A DNA stretch of 60,578 nt, filler included, from Convolutriloba macropyga (Eukaryota): NCBI RefSeq assembly GCF_964194025.1. It is 3 parts of 3 records of this genome, joined end to end, with 100 filler letters (N's around TTAATTAATTAA, not from the genome) between each part and the next. Parts side by side here need not be neighbours in the genome. Positions count along the whole stretch, not along the records: positions 29,235 to 60,578 come from NC_134477.1; 2 more parts are not named here. One strand, given 5' to 3'. Below are positions 33,400 through 46,265 of the stretch, in pieces. The notes beneath the pieces were generated by a model. The model had not been told where the DNA came from, ran no database searches, and saw only the letters and a program-made list of their open reading frames with translations. A program made the translations under genes and the position numbers. The first letter of the stretch is position 1; every line of letters starts with the position of its first letter.

Positions 33400-36300
33400 A
33401 ACTGTTCACAAATCAACTGAAGCTGAAGTCGCGCCATGTTCTAGCCTGTTGGATAGGAGCTGCTGTTGACTCGGTTATCTTTTTTTTCGACCTCTGAGTA
33501 CCTGTAAACTTACATTTGTATCTCGCAGGTACAATAGTAGTGAGTTCCACTTCAATGATGCATGATTAAAGAATGATTTAGAAGAGGAACAGATGGAGTA
33601 ATCCCAACAAAAAAAATTGGTTAGTGCGCTTCCAATGGCTGGCCGTAGGTAATTTAAGCTGTTGATAAAAGGCTGCTTTCATATTCCTTATGTATTGGAT
33701 GTAGTACGCTAACGTTTTGAACTTGATCAGCGGTCTTTTACCATTTAGTTTTTTACGTTTTCTTAATTCATTTGACGACTTGATACTAGAACAAAAAAAT
33801 ACACACTTCGAAGTTCAATTGATCTGTTTCTCCAAATAAAGCACCAAAGCTGAACTGATTTGAAAAAGCCATAGAGCGGAAAACTCTGAAAGACTAACAA
33901 CAAGAGCGTGACAAAGCGAGTTATACTGTGGTGCGAAATCTAAGTTGTATAGTTTTGCCACTAACGGCCATATTTTCTCTAACTTTTTTCACGTGTGTTT
34001 AAAAACAAAAGTTACTGTCTATGTTAACACCTAAATATTATCAATGGTTAGATTTCTACTGTTGCTGCTCCTACATCTAAAGTCTCTGAACATTCGATGC
34101 GCGCGAACGTAAGAAACACATTGAAGGCATTACGTTAGCGTTTATTTTATGAATACAAGTTTTTCCTATTGAAAAAGTTTATTCTTTTGGCATTCAAATT
34201 TATCCTATTAATAGAAACAGTAAGTTTTCAAACTTTTAATGTTTTCCTGCAAATAATTTAAATCAATATCGAATACTTTGTGACTACAAAACAATAAACA
34301 ATCATCCGCATGCTGCAAAAATTTAACAGTTTCACTTACTTGCTCCGGAAGATCATTTGAATATAATTTGAAAAGAAGTGGTCCTAAAACTGTTCCCTAA
34401 AGAACATATCGCTTTAAGCCCAATCCAGTTTGACACAACTCCATTAACACAAGTTTGTTTTATGCGAACCGTAACAATTTCTTTATGAGCTGTAATGACG
34501 AAATTGAAAAGTTTTAAGATTGTAATTCTCTCAAAAATATTTAGTGTGATTGTGGGTAGAAAATGTTAAAAAAATTGAGCGAATGGGCTTCAATCAAATT
34601 ACCATTATCAATTTTATGTTGGGGTGGCTCAATGGAATACAGAATACCGTCTTGTGCTGATGCAATAAATCGAAATCCAAATTGCAGCGGTGATAGTAAT
34701 TCCTTACTCTCAATATAAATTGTGATTTGTTTGTGCAAGCTTCTTTCTAATAGTTATCGAAAAGGGGACTAGAGTTTACAGGTTTTGTGATGTCATCTTT
34801 TCTTTAAATTGTTGATTTGACCGCTCCTTTTAGCATCGTAAGTAATACACATACATTGAGGCATTGATTTATAATGAACGTCAAGTGGGGCCTAAAATTT
34901 GATTACCACCAATAATAGCACAAGCGGGTTTCTTACACGAACCATTGGGCCTGTTGGGATGTAGCTCTCTGATGACAGTATTTTTCTGATGAGTCGCCGA
35001 AATAAAAACTTGACTTCAATTTTTTACCAAAATAGTGCACTAGGTTTGAGAACACAAAATTTAAAAAATCTGCAATTTTTTTGTCGTCAACAATCATATC
35101 TCCAAAGAAATATTAAGGAGATGAACAGTTTTTTAACATCTTAAGGTCTGCAGGACTTTCCGCTGCGCTTGATAGAACATGAATTGTTAAATATATCGTT
35201 GGCATTTGAACACTCATATACTTAAAACATGGCTTATCTGATAATGTTTTGCAAAAGAGGAAATTATGATTCTTTTTCCTATCAAAGATTTTAAAAATGA
35301 TACTCTTTTGATTTCCAGCGCTTATTCCAGTAAACAATACAGAACCAAAGTGATCGGTTTTCCCAGGATTGTCAAAAACAAAGGTCTTATTTTCCGCAAC
35401 ATTTTCAGCTAAAATGTATTCAATGTGAGCTTTCGTTGTCTTACATAAACGCTTAGGTAAATTAGGACTAGCTATTAAGAGACCGTGAAGTAGAACTACT
35501 GAGTCCAGATTTTTTTTCAAGATAAAGGTAATGTACGTTATAAGCACCCAATAGAATGATAGGAAAAGTTTCGCATGGTGAATTGTCTGTATTAGTTATT
35601 GATTGTTCAAGGAACTCATTCTGATATAACTTGAGGCGTTTTAGGTTATATTTAAAAGCATTTTAGTGCTGCAGTTGTTTTAAAAAATGCACCAAGATTC
35701 AACCCACAATGAGTCGTATTTTGATAGATTATTTAAAATAAGACTTTACGCCCTTTAGGAGTGGGTTTCAGGGCTCAAATTTTTTTTCTGTTCTGAATTT
35801 ATTGCACTTCTATTACATCTAATTAGTTCATGAGAAATGAAAACTGCGTTTCATAAGGACATTTTATCATCTGCCGTCAACCAATTTTCTGATATGCCCA
35901 CAAAATCATTTGTTCTCACATCAGCAACAAAATATTTCAGTTGCATACGCTTTTTAGATACGTTTTGAAAGTTAATATGGGCAACACGTAAATTTACTTT
36001 ATATTTCTTTGAAACTTTGAAAAAATTTTGCATTCAATTTCAGGGCTCAAATTTCGCTTGATGCCACCACAGCGGTTCAAATATAATTCAGTATACATGT
36101 GAACTGTCAATGCGCAATCTGATGCGTCAGATATCACAACGTTACAAACAGCAAAAATTTTACTTTCTCAAAAATATATAAGAGAATAGCTTATTAACCC
36201 CTTTTTTAGACCTCGTACAGATCCTCAAACTCAATCTTTCCTTGTCCAGCATAAAAACCATAATTTTCTCATTAACAGTAAGAACATTACCAACAATTTC

Positions 36301-36843
36301 ACTCGTCATCAATTCACTGGTTATCCTGGCACAAATTGTGGTCAGGTTGTCAATAACAAATATATTAGTGTTTTTCAAGTTCCTCCTTGTCTTCATCAAC
36401 TGATGTTTAGTGTCACGTCTAACAAACTTGGTAATTACAAGCTTTGGGCTTTTACTTCCATTTGGTAAGCGATGATATGCACTGACTCCATTTGAAATGA
36501 TTACGAAACCGACCTTCTCAGCTAAACTCACCACCTTTGCAAAAACATCCTCCTCTTCAACACCAAAGAAACGCACATTTTCCCTGCTTCCAAACTGTTC
36601 AATGTTGTCAGTCACTATGACTGAGGACAGGTCCTCCACAGCAGAGCATCGAGTTTCCAGTTCTTGGGCAACAGAGAAACCACATAGGGAGGAAATTGTG
36701 AAAAAAAGTTCGGGTTTAAGTGTCGGCACCCAGATGATCCAACCATTGCCATCAACCACTGGGCCAGTACACTCTACAAAATGATTGCTGTCCTCCTGTT
36801 TCATGCCCGAGTCGGTTGCAGAATTAGTTCTAGTGTGACCCAT
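33400..36843 (-). mobile_element. Heavily decayed near-full-length CR1/L2-group LINE
   Basis: ORF1 36843-36160 (EQFGSRENVRFFGVEE...HRLP...VITKFVRRDTK...IFVIDNLT); APE remnants HINFQN, GISENWL, TDHF; RT remnants LLSPLQFGFR and GTVLGPLLF. The 3' limit is approximate. Confidence 0.85.
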
Positions 36844-37429
36844 CTTGTCTTGATGTCGTAATTTGAATTAATCTGCAGAGACTTATTAAACAGCTGATGC
36901 TCTTTAGTAAGTTTATCACAACCATTATGCACTTGGCAGCCAATCGTTATGCCTGAACAGACAGCAGAAATTTTTTGAGCAGTTCGAGATTTTCGTAACT
37001 TGGTGATCTTAGAGATAGTCCTCCTGAGTGAGTAAAAGCATTGTACTATTTTGTCTATGCCGTCATCTTGATCCAATGTTTCATTAATTCCAATATGGTT
37101 GTCGAAAACCTTGCCCTTGCTTCGTTCAAATCTTCTTTTATCTGAAAACAAATTACAAATCATTTGATTCTTAAGAAAAAACAGGCATAATTCATAGCGA
37201 TTATGAGAGAACTATTGATGATGTTGATCACTGTATTCAGTCTTAGTGTCCGCGAGAAAATTATCAATTTACTGCAATCTATGGACATCAGAATCAATCA
37301 GAGTAATATTTGGGATTCTAGGGAGGTCCCAAGATAGATGTTTTTCAAAAGGAGGTGAAATATTTCTCGGGGGAAAAATTCGAAAGAGAATTGGCTCTTG
37401 TTTATTGGCAACCTATGTATTAACAGGAG

Positions 37430-39360
37430 ATGTTTACAAAAACTAATGAATTTTTTCAATGTTTACTTGATCAACATGCACCTATACACGTCTGCAATTT
37501 TTCAGTGAAACAAAACAGAGAAAGTACTAAGTCATGGATATCGACGGAACTCAAAAACCTGATTGCAGAAAAACATTATTTTTACAGTCAAAACAGCTTT
37601 TCCGAAAATTGCAATATTTGCAACGAGTTCAAAAAGTGCTCTCACTTAGTAAATTGAGAACTAAGAGAAGTGCAGCACAAATACGCCACTGAATTTTTTA
37701 AGCAATGTGAAGCATCGAAACATTGAATTTCATCAAAAAAAAATAGGAAACCACAACATGTAAATTTGTGTCTGAGGTTGAAGCTCATGGAGACAAGACT
37801 ACAGACACAAAAGCAGTCTACAATGCATTTAATGAAACCTTTGCGGAAATGGGAAAACATTCTGAGGTTTTCACTACTCTCAACATCCAAAAATTAGAGC
37901 ACTGTTCTGAAAACTTCACTTTTAGAGTCTTGACTTTTAAAAAACTCTGTGAAACCCTTGACAGTATAGACAAAAAAGCCACCAGTTCCAGAAATTGTCC
38001 ATTCGGAGGCTGCTAAGAAGGAAAAATAGGCAATTGGCGTGCATCTGCAAAATTTTTCAATAAATGTTTTCAAAACACCGTTTTTCCAAGTAATCTAAAT
38101 TAAGTTTATGTCACACCAATTCACAAAAAAGGATCCCCAACCAATTGGGCATCTATCGACCACTTTCAGTCTCAACAACTTTTTCTAAACTGTTTGAGAA
38201 GCTTCTCCTCGTCCAGATGACATAAAAACAATCTGATGAATAAAGGGTAACTTGGATTCCGAATTAAAAAAATTGTCTACAGATACAGCATTGTTCCTCA
38301 CTGAGACAGTTACAGAAAACATTGAGAATGAAAAAAATATTGCAGCAATTTTTTTATTCCTTGCAAAAGCACTCAATTTAAATTCGCAAAACCCTCCCTA
38401 AAAACAGAGTGCTTCAATTTTTCTTAGCCTGCACGTAATTTTTTAATCTCGTCTCCCAAAGAAAGTTCAAATTGCGTTAAAATAGGCTCCAAAATGTCAA
38501 CAAAAAATTCCGGTAACCAGTACCCCAAGACATAGTTTTAGATTCCCTAAATTTTGTTCTTTACGTTAAATATTACCCGGAAAAAATTAGAGTTGGTTTT
38601 GTGTTTGTTCATTTTGCAGACAATACTAGTATTTTTTGTTGATAAGAACCAGCATAAAAATTGCATTGAAACTGGGAAGTGTTTGTTTGATGGAGACAGA
38701 GAGCAACTTAAAGGAAAATCAACCGATTTTGAAAGCTAAAAAAAACAGAGCTACCATTTTCCTGCAGGGGATGAAGGGCAACTAAAACTTAAATTCGACT
38801 GCAATTTTAAAAAACTCTGTTGACAGTTTTCGTTAATGAGGAGTACACCTTCCCCCAATATTGTCATTTGAAATTCATCTTGATTGTTTAATGAAAAATG
38901 GCGGCTGCTACTTGCCCACTATATCATTTTTCCTCTCTCAATTGTTCTCAATGGAGTTTACATCAAAATTGTCAGCAAAAAAACAGAGCTTAAATCGAAA
39001 AATGAACTGGGGCACTAAAGTGTGTTAAATGCGTCGTGTGTCTTCTCAATTCACATGTCCTACCAACTGATTTAATTATCTCAAAGATTAGTCTCTAGAG
39101 ACTTCACACAGATTTAAAACACAAGATAACATCAGACCTTTAGGAAATTTGAAAATTGTCTATAATTAAAACAGAACAAAGGGGCAAAAACAGGTGATAA
39201 TAAGAAAGCAAAAGAAAACAAAGCACGTAAAAGATCACTGATATTGATGAGCATACAAAAGCGCAGAAAGTTATTCTTTAACAAACGAGCTACTGGGCTA
39301 AAATTTTTATCTCAAGAACATAAACAGAGTTCTTGCATTGTCAGCTTGACAATGTACCAA
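37430..39360 (+). mobile_element. 5'-truncated, decayed CR1/L2-group LINE (RT region)
   Basis: LLDQHAPI...KSWISTELK, VTPIHKKG...YRPLSVSTTFSKLFEKLL and FADNT remnants; ends just before the (TA)n tract. Confidence 0.75.
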
Positions 39361-39393
39361 TAGACGGACAATTAGGATCAATCTGGTCTTATT

Positions 39394-39409
39394 TATATAT
39401 ATGAAAATA

Positions 39410-39457
<48 letters not shown>

Positions 39458-39464
39458 TATATAT
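39394..39464. repeat. (TA)n microsatellite
   Basis: Direct reading. Confidence 0.95.
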
Positions 39465-40654
39465 CTGATTATATTGAATTATTTGAACTTTAGCTTTTCG
39501 GTTTTATTATAAATTAAAATCCTTGAAAAAAAATTCAATTCTTTTCAAAGTCAACCTGAACAATTATCAATCACATCTTCATTTTTTTTGTCTGATACAT
39601 AGCGTTCATTGCCGTTTTGTCCCCTGAACGTCCGTTTAGTGATGTCTTATTGCTGGTAATTCAAAATCAGTGCTGAGCTGTGTTTTTTTTTCTTCAGTCA
39701 GTTTTGGCCGACCGGTATAATCATGGTAGAGAGTGGTGAGTGGCATCACGAGGAAGCCTGTACAGCGTGTAGTATAAAAGTAAAATTCAGAGTTTTCTTT
39801 CTCTAGGCAAGTATTGAGGTTTAAGTCTTTGTGAACTTTGAATGATATTAATTTGGAATTTCTTTGGTTCCCATGATGAGAAATTTTTCTTCAATTTTTC
39901 GTCAAGTTTGCTAAAGATTATTAAATTTGTTAAAAATCACATTACTTTTTTATCTATAAACACGGAAAAGGTTTGCTGAATATTTTGCCCGACAATTTTA
40001 TCTCAAACTTTGCACAATTTTCCGGAAATCAGTATTTTTCAGAAAAATAATAATCAAGAAATTTGCTTTTATAGCCTTTTTTTTTTAAAAAAAAATACCG
40101 GAGATACAGACCTCAAAACTGCTCTCCAAATTATACATAAACTACAAAATGGTCTGGTTTCACTGTTTTTTCCTCGAAGAAATCTCCAGAATAAAAGGTG
40201 TGCCGGGTTTTTGTTAACTTTATTCAATCATTATCCTAAGTGCATTTTATTTATTTGATATTTTGCTATTTTTGTTGTCAGAAAATCTATAGTGGTAAAA
40301 ATTGGATCAATGAGCTGCGCAGTATATCAAAAGTTTCATCGTGTTATCTTCACAATTGTAACTTGTTGTGATTCCATTGGGCCGATGTCTTTTTTAAAAA
40401 ACTGGTTTAGCAAATATTTTGTGTTCCTTCCATATTTATTACAGACCGGAAAAAACTCCAATCACTGACGGCTCGCATTTATGTTAAATTTAGGCCAAAT
40501 AATTATATATTATGATCATGTGACTCACTCGAATGTAGTCCATACATTATGGAGTCAGAGAAGGCTTGGTTATTTTTGTCTTCAAGAAAATGTTTTTGTA
40601 AACTTCAACTGAATTCTTCTGCTTCATCCGAAGCTGTCTTTCTATTTGAATTCT

Positions 40655-41960
40655 GATTACAGATTTTCAATAATCAACTACCAATTTCGTTTGTCTAATT
40701 TTATGAAATAACCAATATATTGCCTATAAGAGAAATATTTAGCACGTAATATAGAAATTTCTCAAGGAAAGTTTATCTGAATGTAATAGCAGCACGTGGT
40801 CAATCTTGTGATTGCAGAGGCAGCTGGACATTGTTTTGACCAAGACAACAACGGCAGTTTCTACCAAGATGTGGAGGTGATTTCAAGACAAAAACAACGA
40901 CAACAACAACACCTAATAGCTCTTATGTCTTTGAGTAATTCCACGGCTACGATACCACTAGTTCTTATAATTTTTTTTCACTTTTGGATATTTGGCTTTT
41001 TGAATTTGGCTGCCTTGTAAGATAACCCTCCTAATAAAATATCTCATTGGAGTAAAAAAAACAATTGAACAAAAATTACCTCAGTGAATAGCGAGTTAAA
41101 GGCTTCGAAACCGGTTTCCTGCAAAAAATAACGGATTTTATCTACTTATCTCTTTGTTTGTTGTTCTTTTTGAGTCCTATCACATATTTTGGATAACGGA
41201 AAGTCTCAAATGCCTACTCTGGACACTGAAACGAACGTCTTTTGGGTTTTCAGTTGATAGCTAATAGTATTAATGACCTTGAAATAAAGTGTTTTTTGAA
41301 AGTTTGATCAATTTTTGCATTCAGCTGCTTTGTGTTTTTCGTCCTCACTACTTGTATTTCAAACTCCCTAACGACTTGTCTAATTCGCATTGGTGAAACA
41401 AACTTTAATCAATTTATTGAGTTTTTTGAACGTTTTTTGAGCCAAAGTCAGCTGAAATTTTGATTTTTGGGAGTATCTATCGCTGTTTATAGTTGAATGA
41501 GAGTTCCTGTATAATAAAAAAATGCCAATGGCTTTTTATTAACGTGTAGTAGAAACAATTTAATTTTTTAACCTGAGAGTTAACGGATCTATTAATTTGA
41601 AAATTAATTGTTTTCAAAAATATATGAATGTATTTTCATGTTTTACCGTTTCTTTTTTTCTCGGACTGGTCTTTTTTTCTTCTTTCAATTAGGACTGGTC
41701 CCTTATTTTCTCTTGAAACATAAAGATTTATGTAAGATTCTAGTTATATTTTTGTCTGATGTTTTTTCAGGGGCTATTTAAAAATTTATCAGGTTTTAAA
41801 TTATGCTATTTTGACTTTGTTATTAGAAGTTCTTAAAAAAAGGTGTTGTTTTGGTCGTATGTAACGTTTTTTTTTCGGTGTACCTGATTCATTGGCAGGT
41901 CTTATTGGCTTTTCTATATAGTTGCATACTTATTGATCCAGGTTTTTTAGTTATAACTGA
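40655..41960 (+). repeat. Copy 1 of a diverged direct duplication
   Basis: Colinear with 43725-44700; carries an extra ~340 bp (about 41165-41510) absent from copy 2. Confidence 0.88.
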
Positions 41961-43724
41961 TTATTATAATGAGTTTACACTTTTTTGTTTTTTTACTTGT
42001 TATCAATTATTGTTATGGTTTTTTACCGTTTAAAAGCTAATTATTATTTTGAGCTTGAACCTTTTGTTCTTTTTAATTGTTACCGAGTATTGTTATTAAG
42101 TTTTACATTTAAGAATTAAATAGAAAATGTTAAAGTTAAGTTTTATGATGCTCTATTTGAATTTCTTTGTCAATGTTTTATTTGAATAAATACAGAATTT
42201 AACCGTAATTAAGTTTTTTGTTTTGTTTTTCTTTCTTTTTTGTGTTGCTGTTAATGACAGGCAAGACATCATCGGCTTGGTATTTTTTAGTGTTTCCTAT
42301 GAAATTTGAAAAATCTTAAAAGTTGTAATTCATTTGTTTATAAAAGAGCTTTACCAAATGATAACACTGTGGCGAAAATATACAAGGTTCTAGAGTCTTG
42401 CTATGTATATAAAAAAGATTACCCATGCAAAAGTGTCATAATTAAAACGACAAAATTTATGTTTAAATTTTTGTTTAAAATTTCTTGTTAATGCGCTGTA
42501 TTTTTGTAAGATCCCTGACTGATGCCTTGAAAATAAACGTGAATCCCTTATTAAGCCAGATCCGACAAAAATTTGCGTTTGTAAGCGTAGATCATATAAA
42601 ATTTTGCGGTCAAGGCATTAATCTTACAAATCTTAGAGTTGAGTTAGCGTTGATCTTACATACTTTTGAATTGAGTTTAGCGTTGATCTTATAAAATTTT
42701 GCGTTGAATGGAAGCAGTGTATTGTGGATCGGTGGGTAGGTAGATCAAAACTAAAATCAACGTAAAAATTAAGTAAGATCTACGAATAGAAACGCCACGA
42801 TACGTGAAGTTGGCGTCCAATTTATATAGATTAAAATGTTTCAGAAACTTAATGTAGTGTGGTACAGTGGCAGAAGAGGCGACAAGCAGTCTGGAGGTCA
42901 GTGGTCTGTATCTCACATACAGAGGTCAATAAATCTATAGAATGTGACAGCAGAGCGTAGAAAAGCTAAATTTATTAAGATCTCTGCTAATTTATGCAAG
43001 GAATTCAAAATTTAAAAGATCTACGCATAAAAGTCCTATCCTAAGTTCAGAAAGATTTAAGAAAAAGTAAAACTGTGTAAAATGACCGATAACTAGCGAA
43101 GATGAAGTGGAATATTTAGCGCAATTTTGTTACATTTTTTGCGTTGATGTGTCGAGTTTAGAGAGGAACAATCTTTTCTGTCTCCTGATGTCCTCTTAAA
43201 GATGTCTTACGGCTGGTAGTTTCAAATCATAACTTTATTGGAATCAATAATTTCGTACTACTAAAATAAAATTCAAGTTATTTTTTGGTTTTGCTTGTTT
43301 TCTTGCCGTGAAAAGTTTTTTTAGGAAACCTACTGCTTCTGTTAGGGATTGAGATAATTATATTTTGTTGTTTTTTCTGCCATTTCTTTCTAGAGCCGAA
43401 ACATCAACGTGCCCGTGACAGCCGTGGGATTTTTTGATGACACCTGTCTGACCTGTCAATTCTGGTTGTTGTTGTGGTGGTTGTTGTTGTTGTGGTGGTG
43501 GTGTTCGTGATGNNNNNNNNNNNNNNNNNNNNNNNNNNNNNNNNNNNNNNNNNNNNNNNNNNNNNNNNNNNNNNNNNNNNNNNNNNNNNNNNNNNNNNNN
43601 NNNNNNNNNNNNNNNNNNNNNNNNNNNNNNNNNNNNNNNNNNNNNNNNNNNNNNNNNNNNNNNNNNNNNNNNNNNNNNNNNNNNNNNNNNNNNNNNNNNN
43701 NNNNNNNNNNNNNNNNAGAGATTT

Positions 43725-44700
43725 TAGTTACAGATTTTCAATAATCAACTATCAATTTCGTTTGTCTGACTTTATAAAATAACCAATTTATTGCCTTTAA
43801 GAGAAACATTTAGCACGTAATATAGAAATTTCTCAAGGAAAGTTTATCTGAATGTAATAGCAGCACGTGATCAATCTTGTGATTGCAGAGGCAGCTGGAC
43901 ATTTTTTTGACCATGACAACAAGGGCAGTTTCTCCAAATATGTTGCGGTGATTTCAAGACAAAAGCAGCAACAACAACAACACCTAATAGCTCTTATGTC
44001 TTTGAATAATTCCACGGCTACGATACGGCTATATCTTATAATTTTTTTACGTTTGGATATTTGGCTCTTTGAAGTTGATTTTGGCTGCCTTGTAAGATAA
44101 TCCTCCTAATGAAACATCCCATTGAATAAAAAAATACAATTGAACAAAAAAGTACCTTAGTGAAAAGCGTATTGTGTTAACGGCTTCAAAACCAGTTTAT
44201 TGCAAAAAACAACAGATTTTTATCTACTTATCTCTTGGCTGGTCGTTCTTGTTCTGAATAATAATAAAATGTCAATGGCTTCTTATGAACGTGTATTAGA
44301 AAAAATTTATTTTCTTTAACTTGAGAGCTAATGGATCTATTAATTTGAAAATTAATTGTTTTCAAAAATAAATAAATGTGTTTTCATGTTTTACCGTTCC
44401 TTTTTTTCTCGACTTGTTTCCTAGTCCTAATTAGGACTGGTCCCTTATGTTCTCTTGAAACATAAAAAACTTTTTGTGATTCTAGTTACATTTTTGTTGA
44501 TGCTTTTTTCAGGGGCTATTTAAAATTTTATCAGGTTTTAACCGATGCTATTTTGACTTTCTTATTAGAAGTTCTTAAAAAAGAAGTTGTTTTGGTCGTA
44601 AGTAACGTTTTTTTCGGTGTACATGATTCATTGACAGGTTTTGTTGGCTTCCTATATAGTTTCATAATTATTGATCTAGGTTTTTTTTAGTTAAAAATTG
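43725..44700 (+). repeat. Copy 2 of the diverged direct duplication (gap-bounded)
   Basis: Shared blocks such as TAGCACGTAATATAGAAATTTCTCAAGGAAAGTTTATCTGAATGTAATAGCAGCACGTG. Confidence 0.88.
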
Positions 44701-45116
44701 NNNNNNNNNNNNNNNNNNNNNNNNNNNNNNNNNNNNNNNNNNNNNNNNNNNNNNNNNNNNNNNNNNNNNNNNNNNNNNNNNNNNNNNNNNNNNNNNNNNN
44801 NNNNNNNNNNNNNNNNNNNNNNNNNNNNNNNNNNNNNNNNNNNNNNNNNNNNNNNNNNNNNNNNNNNNNNNNNNNNNNNNNNNNNNNNNNNNNNNNNNNN
44901 TAGACTGGCCCAGTATTGATCGTGACTTTCAGTTCAGTCCGGGTCTTTCTAATGCACCAGTTTTGTTACAACTGGGAAGCAGTAACAGTTTTTGACAACT
45001 TTTCTGAGCTCATCTGCTCGCCAATTTTTAAAATGCTTCCACATTGCATTTACCATGAGAATTAAAATAGCTTACAATCGCCTAGCACTCTTACAAATAA
45101 TTGTATATTTGTTAAT

Positions 45117-45580
45117 GGATATCTCGGATCTTTTCAACATTTGCCCCCCCCCCCCCCTTGGTATCTAGGAGAGAATCGCCCACCTTCTGTGCTATGCATT
45201 ACCACAATATTATTTGGCTTATAGTTTAGATAACCGAATATTAGTTTAACCGCAATTGCGGAGCGCTGTTCACGGCTATGCTTCTCATGATCTGTGGGAT
45301 GGAATCCGGAAATGGCGGGTCGGTTATCGCGGCGAAGCCACAACGAGCTCCAATTGCAACCACCGACCTGCCAGTTGGAAATTGTTTTCGCTCTGGACTC
45401 CATTTTGGCTATTTAAAATAGCATGGCGTATTTTTTTTCTATTCAGTTGAACATAGTATGCGCCTGGATGGAAAGTTATTAGTTGTCTCTGATTGGATAA
45501 TAAATTGCTCGCCTAAATTTTATTCATGAATAGATCCCCTTTTACAAGGAGGGCAATTGTTGAAAAGATCCGATATCTCC
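45117..45580. mobile_element. MITE-like element with ~30-bp imperfect terminal inverted repeats
   Basis: Left GGATATCTCGGATCTTTTCAACATTTGCCC versus reverse complement of the right end GGAGATATCGGATCTTTTCAACAATTGCCC; no coding capacity. Confidence 0.7.
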
Positions 45581-45844
45581 TAACGAAGTCAGTGGAATTC
45601 ATAGACGCCCTAAACGAGTATTCAAAACCTTCCTTATAATATTAATTCAGCGCTTTTGTAAGAGCCGAGTTCATCTCTACTGACAATGCCTCCGACGTGT
45701 GAAACTTTTTCAAGATAGCGTTCAAATACTCTCAAATTTACCGTCCTTGGGAATGTCTTAAAAATCTCTTTGCTAATACTTTGAGGATAACAATACCAAA
45801 GCCGCGCTTTTTCAGGCAAAATTTAGGCGATTCATGAGATTAAA

Positions 45845-46265
45845 GGTTTAAGCCGATAGGCAAGCAAGCCGAACTTTGAAAATGAGGTCAAGTAAGCCGA
45901 AAAAATTGTGAGATACCCGAATTTAAAGTTGCCCTTGGCGGACCGGTGGGATAACCGGCCCTTGGTTTCCGGATTACATCCCACAGCGGATGAGAGGCAT
46001 GGCTATGGACAGCAGTCTGCTTGACGTATTTTTGAGGTATAAAATTTTGACGTATTTTTGACGTATATTTTTGACGTAATTGACGTACTTTTGTTTCTTT
46101 TCTGCATTGGAATACATTATGCACTATAATACTATATGCGCTGTGTTGATTGTAACGGTTAACAATGTATTATTTCTGATAGATTGCATAACAATTACAT
46201 AACTTTCGGCTTGCTTTTATGTCGGCTTACTTTTACTTCGGCTTGCTTTGGATTCATCTTAAGCC
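45845..46265. mobile_element. MITE-like element with subterminal AAGCCGA repeats
   Basis: Three AAGCCGA on the left and three TCGGCTT on the right; termini GGTTTAAG and CTTAAGCC. Confidence 0.55.

Noticed and set aside
43340-43512. Gln/Pro- or Thr-rich reading frames next to the gap
   Set aside because: Explained by a (GTT/GTG)n microsatellite; coding status cannot be supported.
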